64,000 nt of DNA, from the NCBI GenBank assembly GCA_965221695.1, contig OZ244905.1, positions 2,841,862 to 2,905,861 on the forward strand. The letters are read 5' to 3'. The position numbers were made by a program, and so were the translations under genes. This DNA comes from Gammaproteobacteria bacterium. Its GTDB lineage: Bacteria; Pseudomonadota; Gammaproteobacteria; Eutrophobiales; Eutrophobiaceae. Position 1 is the first letter of the stretch. Each line of letters begins with the position of its first letter. Below the pieces are notes generated by a model. The model had not been told where the DNA came from, ran no database searches, and worked only from the letters and a program-made list of their open reading frames with translations. Shown here piece after piece: positions 48,004 through 57,991 of this stretch.

Positions 48004-48390
48004 TCAGTGCAATGTAAGCGGCGTGGACAGGTTGAATACCGGAATTGGCGAGGCAAATTCAACGCCGTCTTCGGCCATGATGTCGTAGTTGCCTTGCATG
48101 CAGCCCACCGGGGTCTCCAGCACGGCGCCGCTGGTATATTCAAAGGACTGGCCGGGCCGCAAGTGAGGTTGTTCCCCGACCACGCCATCCCCGTGAACTT
48201 CCTGCACCTTGTTGTTTGCATCGGTGATGATCCAATGCCGGCGCAGCAGAGTTCCCGGGACGCTGCCTGTGTTAGTGATGGATATAGTGTAGGCAAACAC
48301 AAACCGATTATCCTCAGGGATGGATTGTTCCTGCAGGTAGGCGGTCTTTACCTTTACGGAGAATTGGTAACGTTCATTATTTTCCAACAT
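48004..48390 (-). CDS. apaG: ApaG protein
   Basis: 128 aa; FVFAYTISITNTG...RHWIITDANNKVQEVHGDGVVGEQP typical ApaG/DUF525. Confidence 0.9.
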   Translation of the reverse strand: MLENNERYQFSVKVKTAYLQEQSIPEDNRFVFAYTISITNTGSVPGTLLRRHWIITDANNKVQEVHGDGVVGEQPHLRPGQSFEYTSGAVLETPVGCMQGNYDIMAEDGVEFASPIPVFNLSTPLTLH

Positions 48391-48494
48391 AGTGGGCTTA
48401 ACCTTAATTGCTTGACGCCAGTCATGTCAATATTTTTTCAGTCTGCTATGTAAGTTTTGTTGTATAACCCATGTCCGATGCCATACTCCAGGAA

Positions 48495-48565
48495 CCCCCC
48501 GTTTTCACGGGTACAGGCTACAGAATCCAGTAAAACAACGGGTCGCCTTTCAGGCAACACAGTCT
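48495..48565. repeat. degenerate REP-like element
   Basis: CCCCCCG-ttttca-CGGGTA, GAATCCAGT and GGTCGCC-tttc-AGGCAACAC resemble decayed arms of the composite family. Confidence 0.4.
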
Positions 48566-48567
48566 GG

Positions 48568-50079
48568 CTAACTGCCAGCAAAACTGCCTCGGTATGACAG
48601 CGCCTCGCTCAGATGTTCTGCCTTGATGAGGTCAGATTCTGCCAGGTCCGCCACGGTCCTTGCCACGCGCAGGACCCGACATGTGCCCCGGATGGATAAG
48701 TTAAGCTGTTTGACTGCTTTGCGTAGCAAGTCGGTCAGGCGCTGGTCCAGGTTGCAGTATCTATCCAACTCCTCATTGTTCAGGAGATGATTTTGCTTGC
48801 CGGCGCGCGCTATCTGACGGCGGTAGGCGCGCGTTACCCGGAGCCGCACTACGGCGCTGGTTTCCCGGGTTTCGTCCCGCAGCGCCTCCAGGTTGTCTGG
48901 AGACAGGTTCGGCACCTCGATGCGCAGGTCGATCCGGTCCAACAACGGGCCGGATACCTTGCCCCGATAGCGTCTGACCTGTTGCGGCGTGCAACAACAA
49001 CGGCCGCTATGGTCGTCGAGATACCCACAGGGACAGGGATTCATTGCTGCGACAAGCTGAAAACAGGCTGGGAATTCGGTTTGACGCGCAGCCCTGGAAA
49101 TACTGATCCGTCCCGCCTCGAGTGGTTCCCTCAAGGCTTCCAGGACATTGCGATTGAACTCCGGCAACTCATCCAGGAACAGGACGCCGTTATGTGCCAG
49201 AGACACTTCGCCCGGACGGGGCGCGCTGCCGCCTCCCACCAGGGCCGCTGACGAAGCCGAATGGTGCGGCGTCCGCACCGGACGCACCTTCCAGTCCTCT
49301 ATCATGAAGCCCCTGACGCTGACAGATTGAATCGCTGCCGTGGCGATGGCTTCCTCCTCGCTCATAGGCGGCAGCAGACCCGGCAGACGTTCGGCCAGCA
49401 TCGTTTTGCCACTGCCGGGTGGTCCTACCATCAACAGGTTATGACCTCCTGACGCACAGATTTCCAAGGCGCGTTTGGCAAAATGATGTGAGCGGACTTC
49501 GGACAGATCACGGTAGACATCGCGCTCGCGGCGCGCAGTTTTCTTGGCCTGAAAACGCGCCAACGCGCCCGCGCCATTAAGATGATTGCATACGGACAGC
49601 AAATTCCGCGCCGGCAATACCGTCAACTGGTTTATCAGCGCCGCTTCCGCGGCATTCTGCATTGGCAGTATCAGGGACCGTCCGGTTTTGTTGACAGAAT
49701 TTGCGCAAGGCAACACGCCGTCGACCGGCCTCAATTCGCCGGTCAGTGACAACTCGCCGATAAGCTCATGGGACTGCAGGATCTCTCGGGAAATCTGGCC
49801 GGTGGCTGCCAGGATCCCGATAGCTATAGCCAGGTCATACCTGCCGCCCTGTTTTGGCAGGTCCGCAGGAGCCAGATTTACCGTGATCCGGCGTAAGGGA
49901 AACTCGAAATGGTTGGTCAGCAGCGCGCTCCTGACCCGTTCCCGGCTCTCCTTGACCTCGGTTTCAGGCAGGCCCACGATGTAAAATTTTGGCAGGCCGG
50001 AGGAGACATGGATATCGACAGTTACTTGTAGCGGCTCTATCCCTGCCAGGGAGCGTGAATAAATCCTTGCAATTTCCAT
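48568..50079 (-). CDS. comM: YifB/ComM-family Mg-chelatase-like AAA+ ATPase
   Basis: 503 aa; Walker A GPPGSGKT, Walker B VLFLDELPEF. N-terminal Lon-protease-like domain (MEIARIYSRSLAG). Confidence 0.9.
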   Translation of the reverse strand: MEIARIYSRSLAGIEPLQVTVDIHVSSGLPKFYIVGLPETEVKESRERVRSALLTNHFEFPLRRITVNLAPADLPKQGGRYDLAIAIGILAATGQISREILQSHELIGELSLTGELRPVDGVLPCANSVNKTGRSLILPMQNAAEAALINQLTVLPARNLLSVCNHLNGAGALARFQAKKTARRERDVYRDLSEVRSHHFAKRALEICASGGHNLLMVGPPGSGKTMLAERLPGLLPPMSEEEAIATAAIQSVSVRGFMIEDWKVRPVRTPHHSASSAALVGGGSAPRPGEVSLAHNGVLFLDELPEFNRNVLEALREPLEAGRISISRAARQTEFPACFQLVAAMNPCPCGYLDDHSGRCCCTPQQVRRYRGKVSGPLLDRIDLRIEVPNLSPDNLEALRDETRETSAVVRLRVTRAYRRQIARAGKQNHLLNNEELDRYCNLDQRLTDLLRKAVKQLNLSIRGTCRVLRVARTVADLAESDLIKAEHLSEALSYRGSFAGS

Positions 50080-50121
50080 TTGCTTTTCTCCTTGTCGATA
50101 GTGTGCCGGGCCGAAGCTATT

Positions 50122-50391
50122 TTAACCTGATCTTTGTTGTTCCGAAAGCGCTTGTTCCAACTCGGCGACTTGTCTTTGCAGATCATCGAGCGTCGCGCGG
50201 GTATTGGCGAGCAACTGCGACTGCACATCAAACTCTTCACGAGTGACCAGATTCATCCTGGAAAAGGTAGCGTTCATGGAAGCGCGCGCAATCTTCTCCA
50301 AATCCTTGCGCGATCGGGCCAGATCCCTGGGCAGCAAACGCAGGAACTGCTGGATGAACTCTTCAAACTCCCGCGCTCTGCTCATATTCAT
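50122..50391 (-). CDS. ubiK: ubiquinone biosynthesis accessory factor UbiK (YqiC/BMFP family)
   Basis: 89-aa coiled-coil ORF; NLVTREEFDVQSQLLANTRATLDDLQRQVAELE. Confidence 0.8.
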   Translation of the reverse strand: MNMSRAREFEEFIQQFLRLLPRDLARSRKDLEKIARASMNATFSRMNLVTREEFDVQSQLLANTRATLDDLQRQVAELEQALSEQQRSG

Positions 50392-50481
50392 ATAGTATCC
50401 ATTTCAGACAAGCCGCAATAATAACCGCTTCCCTGCAGCGGCACAACCTCCGCGCTATTATTGTGCAACTACCCCTCTCAA

Positions 50482-50497
50482 GCACGCCCCTGGTGCA
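50482..50497 (+). promoter_or_regulatory. NtrC-type enhancer-like site
   Basis: A-GCACGCCCCTGGTGCA compared with the consensus TGCACC-N4-TGGTGCA: 11 of 13 specified positions match, and one half-site is perfect. It lies about 125 nt upstream of the sigma-54 core element. Confidence 0.4.
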
Positions 50498-50607
50498 ATC
50501 ACTCCCCATAAATCAGGACATCCATAAAAATTTGATGGGTGTCTTGGCGTTATTGCCGTGTGCGTTAGAAGGATCAATTTTTAGTAGGTGTAGCTTATCA
50601 ACAACTT

Positions 50608-50623
50608 TGGCACGATACATGCA
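50608..50623 (+). promoter_or_regulatory. sigma-54 (-24/-12) promoter upstream of porin-amt-glnK
   Basis: TGGCAC-gatac-ATGCA: GG at 50609-50610 and GC at 50621-50622 with canonical spacing. It lies 44 nt upstream of the porin ATG. Confidence 0.6.
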
Positions 50624-50666
50624 TACATAACAGCGATGTAATAATTGCAACAACTTGGAGTAAAAA

Positions 50667-51380
50667 ATGAGAAGTACTATCTTAAGACTGACAACACTTA
50701 TCCTGATAATGGGGTCTACATCTTTATCGGCAGAAGATTCGCCACACCAGTTCAGCGGAAACATAGGGTTATTTACTGACTACCTTTACCGCGGCATTTC
50801 CCAGACCAGCGAAAAGCCGGCGGTGCAAGGCGGTATGGACTATGCCCACGCGCCTTCAGGTATTTACGTGGGAACCTGGGCTTCTAACGTTGATTTTGCC
50901 GAAGATTTGGAAATTGATGTCTATGGCGGCATATCAGGAGAGCTGGATAACGGCATAAGCTGGGATGTAGGTGGCCTGTATTATATCTATCCCAGTTCCG
51001 ATGCAAAGCCGGAGGAAAACTTTGTTGAGATGTATGCGAGCGCCGGCTATACCTTCTCCGGCGTACTGGAGCCAAGTGTCAGCGCCGGGATTGCCTGGTC
51101 GCCGGACTTCTTCGGTGAAGATGGCGATGGCATCTACCTGAACGGCAGCCTGGACCTGTCGCTGCCGCACGGCTTTGGCCTGTCGTTTTACGTCGGTTGG
51201 CAGGATGTGGAAGGTGACAAGACCTCGGGACCGGATGGTTTCAACTACACCCATTACAGCATCGGCATCAGCAAAAGCGTAGGCGCGCTTGATCTAAGCG
51301 CCTCCTGGAATGACGCGGACAATGATTGCGGTGGCGAGATCTGCGAGGCGCTCGTGGGCAGTATTTCCATGAGCTTCTAA
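50667..51380 (+). CDS. TorF-family (TIGR02001-like) outer-membrane beta-barrel protein
   Basis: 237 aa; signal peptide; GNIGLFTDYLYRGISQT block; C-terminal aromatic residue (MSF). Confidence 0.7.
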   Translation: MRSTILRLTTLILIMGSTSLSAEDSPHQFSGNIGLFTDYLYRGISQTSEKPAVQGGMDYAHAPSGIYVGTWASNVDFAEDLEIDVYGGISGELDNGISWDVGGLYYIYPSSDAKPEENFVEMYASAGYTFSGVLEPSVSAGIAWSPDFFGEDGDGIYLNGSLDLSLPHGFGLSFYVGWQDVEGDKTSGPDGFNYTHYSIGISKSVGALDLSASWNDADNDCGGEICEALVGSISMSF

Positions 51381-51440
51381 GTATAGCCATCTTAGTACTA
51401 GAACCTGGAAAAGAAATCCGAATATTTGGAGAAACTGACG

Positions 51441-53155
<1,715 letters not shown>

Positions 53156-53203
53156 CGCCGCTTGAATGGATCTCCCGGTCCTCCTTGGCGCCGGGAATGC
53201 CTG

Positions 53204-53235
53204 GGAACCTCTGACTTTACTTTGTCAGAGGTTCC
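53204..53235 (+). terminator. perfect 12-bp palindrome of the GGAAnCTCTGA family downstream of glnK
   Basis: GGAACCTCTGAC-tttacttt-GTCAGAGGTTCC followed by TTTGG. Confidence 0.5.
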
Positions 53236-53271
53236 TTTGGCACATAGAGTTCCCCTCCTATTCTCGCGTAA

Positions 53272-53407
53272 GCGCCCCCACCCATTCCCCCGGCAAGCTC
53301 TCCCTTCCCAGCCTGCCCCTGTATGGCGTTGAGCAGGGGCGGGAGTGGTTTTGTGGCTGGGCGACACAGTATTCGACTTGCCTCTCGCTTTTGCGGGAGT
53401 GGTATGG
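53272..53407. repeat. mosaic REP-like element
   Basis: Contains CCCATTCCCCCGGCAAG, CAGCCTGCCCCTG-tatggcgttgag-CAGGGGC, GGGCGACACAGTATT and CGCTTTTGCGGGAGTGGTATGG in scrambled order relative to the full unit. Confidence 0.65.
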
Positions 53408-53455
53408 TCGATGGTGACAAAGTGTTAAACTGGACTCCCATCGGGAGACAAAATC

Positions 53456-55474
53456 ATGTTTCAAGTCAGAGAAAAACAATCCATGGATGCGCCGGCGAGC
53501 GCGCAAACCCAGTACCATCTTTTTGTTGGCGGCAGCTTCAGTGGCACATTCAGCAATAATCTCGATCAGGATTGGATCAGGGTCGATCTGGTTGCCGGTA
53601 AAACATACCTGATCAGCCTGTCCGGAAGCGGGGATAACAGCGGCGCCGATACCATCCTCAGGGTTTACAACTCGTCAGGAGAGCAAGTCGCCCTCAACGA
53701 TGACACGGACTTGAGCGCCGGGCAACTGAATTCCACCCTAAGCTTTACCCCCGAGAGCAGTGGCGTTTACTACCTCAGCGCCGGCGTTTATGCCGGCAAC
53801 CCTGCTAAGGACTATTCCGGGAGCTACATGCTGACACTGACTGATCCGGAGGCTGCTGACGGCATCGGCGACCTGGCGCTGCAAGGCGGCGACGGCGACG
53901 ACATCCTGGGCGGCGCCGATGGCGCCGATGAACTGCGGGGCGGCGCCGGCAACGACGAGTTGTATGGCTTCGGTGGGGAGGACTACCTGGTGGGAGAGGC
54001 TGGCGATGACCTGCTGGAAGGCGGCGATGATGCCGATCTGCTGCTGGGAGACAGCGACTCGGGCTTCTTTGCCAGGTCGCTGATCCCGGGCTATTACGCC
54101 AGCGACAACGCCAACGACGATTCATCTCCCGATGATCGGGGACCTGCGGATGTTGATAGTGGGGACCGTGAGGGCCCAACCGCGCTCGCCGAGGATGTCG
54201 CTGTCCCGATCTCTGAAGACCCGTTGGCTGATCTGTTCCCCGACCTGACCCGCGCCGGCACGCTGGATTTCCTTGAGCGCCAGTTGCGCGCCGGAAACGA
54301 TGTCCTGCATGGCGGCGCCGGCGCAGACTGGCTCGAAGGCGGCGCCGGGAACGATGAGTTATTCGGCGGAGATGATGATGACAATCTGTTTGGCGACACC
54401 TCGCTGGAGCTGTTCTTTGGCTCGTTGCCGGCGATTGTGGTGAATGATGCCTCGGAACCCAACTCTGCTTTTGTCTTGGCATCGCCTGCGCAGGGCGAAC
54501 AGGCTGACGCCGGCGCGACCACATCGGAACCGGACGAAAACCAGGATGCGCTCGACAACCTGTTATTGATGCTGCTCATCGACCAGTTGACGGCCGGCGA
54601 TGACAGGCTGGACGGCGGCGCCGGAAACGACTACCTCAGAGGTGGTTTTGGCAATGATGTGCTGCTCGGTGGCGCCGGCATTGATTGGCTCGAAGGCGGC
54701 GCCGGCAATGATGAGCTGGATGCCGGAACAGGGGACGATTACCTGCGTGGTGACGCCGGAGATGATCTGTTGGCCGGTGGTTCCGGCGCAGATTGGCTTG
54801 AAGGCGGCAGTGGCAACGATACACTGGATGGCGGCGCCGGCGACGATGTGCTGACCGGCGACGATTATCCTTACTTCCTGTTTCTTGAATCCAACATCGG
54901 CAGACAGGCCGACAACCCCGACGCCGGCGACACTGACACCGGCGTGTCAATAATGCTCTATGACCCGGATGCAGAACCGGATGACAGTGACGGCCCCGCC
55001 ATCACCAGCGTCGACGAAGATGACAATGGGATGACCACGGGGAACAATCCGGGCGTAGTTATTGGCGTAGGTAGTAGTGACGCTAACACTGACTTGAGAT
55101 TACTGACTACCTTCTTGGCGCCAGGCGGCGACGACACGTTATCCGGCGGCATGGGAGATGATTTGCTGGATGGAGGTCCCGGCAACGACCTGCTCACCGG
55201 TGGTACCGGCGCCGATGTCTTCATCTTCATACCCGCGGGTGGCTACGATGTTGTCGCGGATTTTCACGCAAACGAGGATCAGATCGACCTCAAGGCCTTT
55301 GCCGATATCAGTTCGATAGACGACCTGGCGCTGCAACAACAGGGGGACGACCTGATCATCGACTTGTCCGCGCACGCTGGTGGAGAAGTCACACTGCAAG
55401 GTGTCGAACAGGCTGACCTGAACGACGCTAACTTCATTTTCTCCACTGGGGAAGCTTCTGCGATAATTGCCTGA
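53456..55474 (+). CDS. RTX-type calcium-binding repeat protein (putative type I secretion substrate)
   Basis: 672 aa, very acidic. Many GGxGxDxL nonapeptides (GGAGNDELYGFGGEDYL, GGAGNDYLRGGFGNDVLLGGAGIDWLEGGAGND). C-terminal GGTGADVFIF...DQIDL block. No Cys, no signal peptide. Confidence 0.8.
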   Translation: MFQVREKQSMDAPASAQTQYHLFVGGSFSGTFSNNLDQDWIRVDLVAGKTYLISLSGSGDNSGADTILRVYNSSGEQVALNDDTDLSAGQLNSTLSFTPESSGVYYLSAGVYAGNPAKDYSGSYMLTLTDPEAADGIGDLALQGGDGDDILGGADGADELRGGAGNDELYGFGGEDYLVGEAGDDLLEGGDDADLLLGDSDSGFFARSLIPGYYASDNANDDSSPDDRGPADVDSGDREGPTALAEDVAVPISEDPLADLFPDLTRAGTLDFLERQLRAGNDVLHGGAGADWLEGGAGNDELFGGDDDDNLFGDTSLELFFGSLPAIVVNDASEPNSAFVLASPAQGEQADAGATTSEPDENQDALDNLLLMLLIDQLTAGDDRLDGGAGNDYLRGGFGNDVLLGGAGIDWLEGGAGNDELDAGTGDDYLRGDAGDDLLAGGSGADWLEGGSGNDTLDGGAGDDVLTGDDYPYFLFLESNIGRQADNPDAGDTDTGVSIMLYDPDAEPDDSDGPAITSVDEDDNGMTTGNNPGVVIGVGSSDANTDLRLLTTFLAPGGDDTLSGGMGDDLLDGGPGNDLLTGGTGADVFIFIPAGGYDVVADFHANEDQIDLKAFADISSIDDLALQQQGDDLIIDLSAHAGGEVTLQGVEQADLNDANFIFSTGEASAIIA

Positions 55475-55570
55475 CCAGCCAGCGAGAGTGAGTATTGAAG
55501 CCTTGCCCCCCATCATATATACTCCGGGGAAAGGCGCATCGCGCCTGGCTTTAAAATTGGGGAGAGCTTT

Positions 55571-56869
55571 ATGAAACAATCTGTGAAAGCTGCAGTTTGC
55601 CTGCTGCTTATCGGCGTGCTTGCTCCAACGCTTGCGCTGGCCCAGGATGCGCCTGAGTTGAATGGCGCCAATACCGCCTGGATACTCGTATCGACCGCCC
55701 TGGTGTTGTTCATGACCCTGCCGGGACTGGCGCTGTTCTATGCCGGCCTGGTACGCGCCAAGAACGTCCTGTCCGTATTGATGCAATGTTTTTCCATTGC
55801 CTGCCTGATGTCCATCCTGTGGCTCATCGCGGGCTACGGGTTGGCGTTCGGCGATGGCGGCGGTTTGAACCAGTTCGTCGGCTTGGGCAAGTTTTTTCTT
55901 GACGGGGTCGGTTGGGACAGCATGAGTGGCGACATTCCGGAGACCGTATTTTTCATGTTCCAGATGACGTTTGCCATCATCACCCCTGCGCTGATAGTGG
56001 GCGGCTTTGCCGAACGCATGAAATTCTCCGCAGTGTTGTGGTTTTCTGCCCTATGGCTGTTGCTGGTGTACGCCCCTGTGTGCCACTGGGTCTGGGGCGG
56101 CGGCTGGTTGGGCGACATGGGATTCATGGACTTTGCAGGTGGCGCGGTAGTCCATGTTAACGCCGGTGTGGCCGCGATCGTCGCGGCGATAGTCCTCGGC
56201 AACCGCAAGGGCTTTCCGGGCACGGCAATGCCTCCGCATAACATGACTCTCTCCGTGGCTGGCGCTTCGATGTTGTGGGTGGGCTGGTTCGGGTTTAACG
56301 CCGGCAGCGCCCTGGCCGCAGACGGCAGCGCCGGTATGGCCATGCTGGTCACGCATATCTCCGCGGCGGCAGGCTCTCTGGCCTGGGTTGCCTGCGAGTG
56401 GATTAAACACGGCAAGCCCAGCGTGCTGGGCATTGTTACCGGTATGGTCGCGGGCCTGGGCACGATTACCCCTGCCTCGGGTTTCGTCGGCCCTCTCGGC
56501 GGGTTGCTGATCGGAATTTCAGCCGGTGTTGTCTGCTACTTTGCCACCCAGTACATCAAACGGAGCCTGAAGATCGACGATTCCCTGGATGTCTTCCCGG
56601 TGCATGGCGTCGGCGGCGCGCTGGGTTGCCTACTGGCAGCCGTCTTTTTTGCCGCAAGCCTGGGCGGCCCGGCAGATGCAGGCTATGCAATGGGTTCGCA
56701 GTTCCTGGTACAGGTGGTCGGCGTAATCGCTACAATCCTCTGGTGCGGCATCGTCAGCTTCATCATCCTCAAGGTTCTGGACGGCATCCTCGGCCTGCGC
56801 GTCACTGCGGATGAAGAAACCGAGGGCCTGGACCTGGTGTCCCACGACGAGCGCGGTTACACCTTCTAA
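55571..56869 (+). CDS. amtB: ammonium transporter AmtB, paralog 2
   Basis: 432 aa; signal peptide; NTAWILVSTALVLFMT, FAGGAVVHVNAG, DDSLDVFPVHGVGG. Confidence 0.9.
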   Translation: MKQSVKAAVCLLLIGVLAPTLALAQDAPELNGANTAWILVSTALVLFMTLPGLALFYAGLVRAKNVLSVLMQCFSIACLMSILWLIAGYGLAFGDGGGLNQFVGLGKFFLDGVGWDSMSGDIPETVFFMFQMTFAIITPALIVGGFAERMKFSAVLWFSALWLLLVYAPVCHWVWGGGWLGDMGFMDFAGGAVVHVNAGVAAIVAAIVLGNRKGFPGTAMPPHNMTLSVAGASMLWVGWFGFNAGSALAADGSAGMAMLVTHISAAAGSLAWVACEWIKHGKPSVLGIVTGMVAGLGTITPASGFVGPLGGLLIGISAGVVCYFATQYIKRSLKIDDSLDVFPVHGVGGALGCLLAAVFFAASLGGPADAGYAMGSQFLVQVVGVIATILWCGIVSFIILKVLDGILGLRVTADEETEGLDLVSHDERGYTF

Positions 56870-56879
56870 TGAGTTAGAC

Positions 56880-56914
56880 CCCGGGAGCGCGGGCGAGACG
56901 CCCGCGCTCCCGGG
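56880..56914. repeat. perfect 16-bp GC-rich hairpin after amtB
   Basis: CCCGGGAGCGCGGGCG-aga-CGCCCGCGCTCCCGGG, 10 nt after the stop. No U tract on either strand. Confidence 0.7.
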
Positions 56915-56920
56915 AGAAGC

Positions 56921-57015
56921 GGTGGTTGCCCCGCCACCATCCCACTCCTGCGAAAGCAGGAGTCCAGTCAAATTCTGTGTCGCCTGAAAGGCGACTCTTT
57001 ACTCCACTGGATTCC
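56921..57015. repeat. composite REP-like element, inverted orientation, variant arms
   Basis: The reverse complement reads GAGTCGCC-tttc-AGGCGACAC AGAATTTGA CTGGACTCCTGC-tttc-GCAGGAGTGGGATGGTGGCGGGG. Confidence 0.75.
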
Positions 57016-57067
57016 TATTTCACAGCAAAATTATATAGGTGTCCTGTCTTTGCTTTACAATGTCGTC

Positions 57068-57877
57068 ATGGACAGCTACGCCGTCATCGGCAACCCCATA
57101 GCACACAGCCTTTCGCCCCGAATCCACGGACTGTTCGCCGCGCAGACCGGCGCAGACATCACCTACCGTGCGATGCTCTCTCACGCTGACAAATTCACCG
57201 CCGATCTCGATGAATTCCGCCGCGCAGGCGGCCACGGACTGAATGTCACCCTGCCGTTCAAGGAACAGGCCTGGGAATACGCGACCCACCGTAGCGCCAG
57301 GGCTAACCGGGCGCGGGCCGCCAACCTGATCCGTTTCGATACTAATGGACAAATCTACGCCGATTCCACGGACGGCGTGGGACTGGTGCGCGACCTCAGC
57401 GCCAACGGTATGCAGGTTCGGGACAAGCGCGTCCTGCTGGTGGGCGCGGGCGGGGCTGTCAGGAGCGTGCTGGGGAACCTCTTAGATGAGCAACCGGCGG
57501 GTGTAACGATTATCAACCGCACCCCTGCACGGGCGCATGCGCTGCTGGAACTGTTTCCCGAGTCTGCTGGCCTCCTTAACGCGCAAGGCTTGGACGAACC
57601 CGTATCCGGTCCTTATGACCTCGTGATCAACGGCGCATCGGCGGGCCTGGCGGGGCAGACACTGCCCTTGCAAGACAGAATTCTCGCGCAAGACGCCTGC
57701 TGTTATGACCTGGTCTACGGCAAGGCAGCCCAGGCATTCTTGGGCTGGGCGGTAGACAACGGCGCGGCAATCCTGTGTGACGGCCTGGGAATGCTGGTGC
57801 AGCAGGCCGCCGAATCATTCTACATCTGGCGCGGCATCCTTCCGGAGACGCAACCGGTCATCGACGCCTTACGCTGA
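57068..57877 (+). CDS. aroE: shikimate dehydrogenase
   Basis: ATG 57068 (MDSYAVIGNPIAHSLSPRIH); GLNVTLPFK; VGAGGAVRSV NADP fold. Confidence 0.9.
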   Translation: MDSYAVIGNPIAHSLSPRIHGLFAAQTGADITYRAMLSHADKFTADLDEFRRAGGHGLNVTLPFKEQAWEYATHRSARANRARAANLIRFDTNGQIYADSTDGVGLVRDLSANGMQVRDKRVLLVGAGGAVRSVLGNLLDEQPAGVTIINRTPARAHALLELFPESAGLLNAQGLDEPVSGPYDLVINGASAGLAGQTLPLQDRILAQDACCYDLVYGKAAQAFLGWAVDNGAAILCDGLGMLVQQAAESFYIWRGILPETQPVIDALR

Positions 57878-57896
57878 GCTGGCTATTGCAGCCTAA

Positions 57897-57925
57897 GGAA
57901 CCTCTGAGATTAAGTCAGAGGTTCG
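57897..57925. terminator. palindrome of the GGAAnCTCTGA family between convergent aroE and dctM
   Basis: GGAACCTCTGA-gattaag-TCAGAGGTTC, 20 nt after the aroE stop. Confidence 0.45.
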
Positions 57926-57991
57926 TGCGACACAGGGATGCGCGCTCTGACAAGTTTGGAATGGAATTGTTTAGGGCTTCTAAAGTATCAC

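Noticed and set aside
53805-54524. 239-aa Arg/Pro-rich minus-strand ORF inside the RTX gene
   Set aside because: It is the antisense translation of GGC/GAC-rich RTX repeats. It has no start context or motifs.
55475-55570. Second sigma-54 promoter upstream of amtB paralog 2
   Set aside because: The only TGGC-containing stretch (TGGCTTTAAAATTGG) has GG instead of GC at the -12 position, so it does not fit the consensus.
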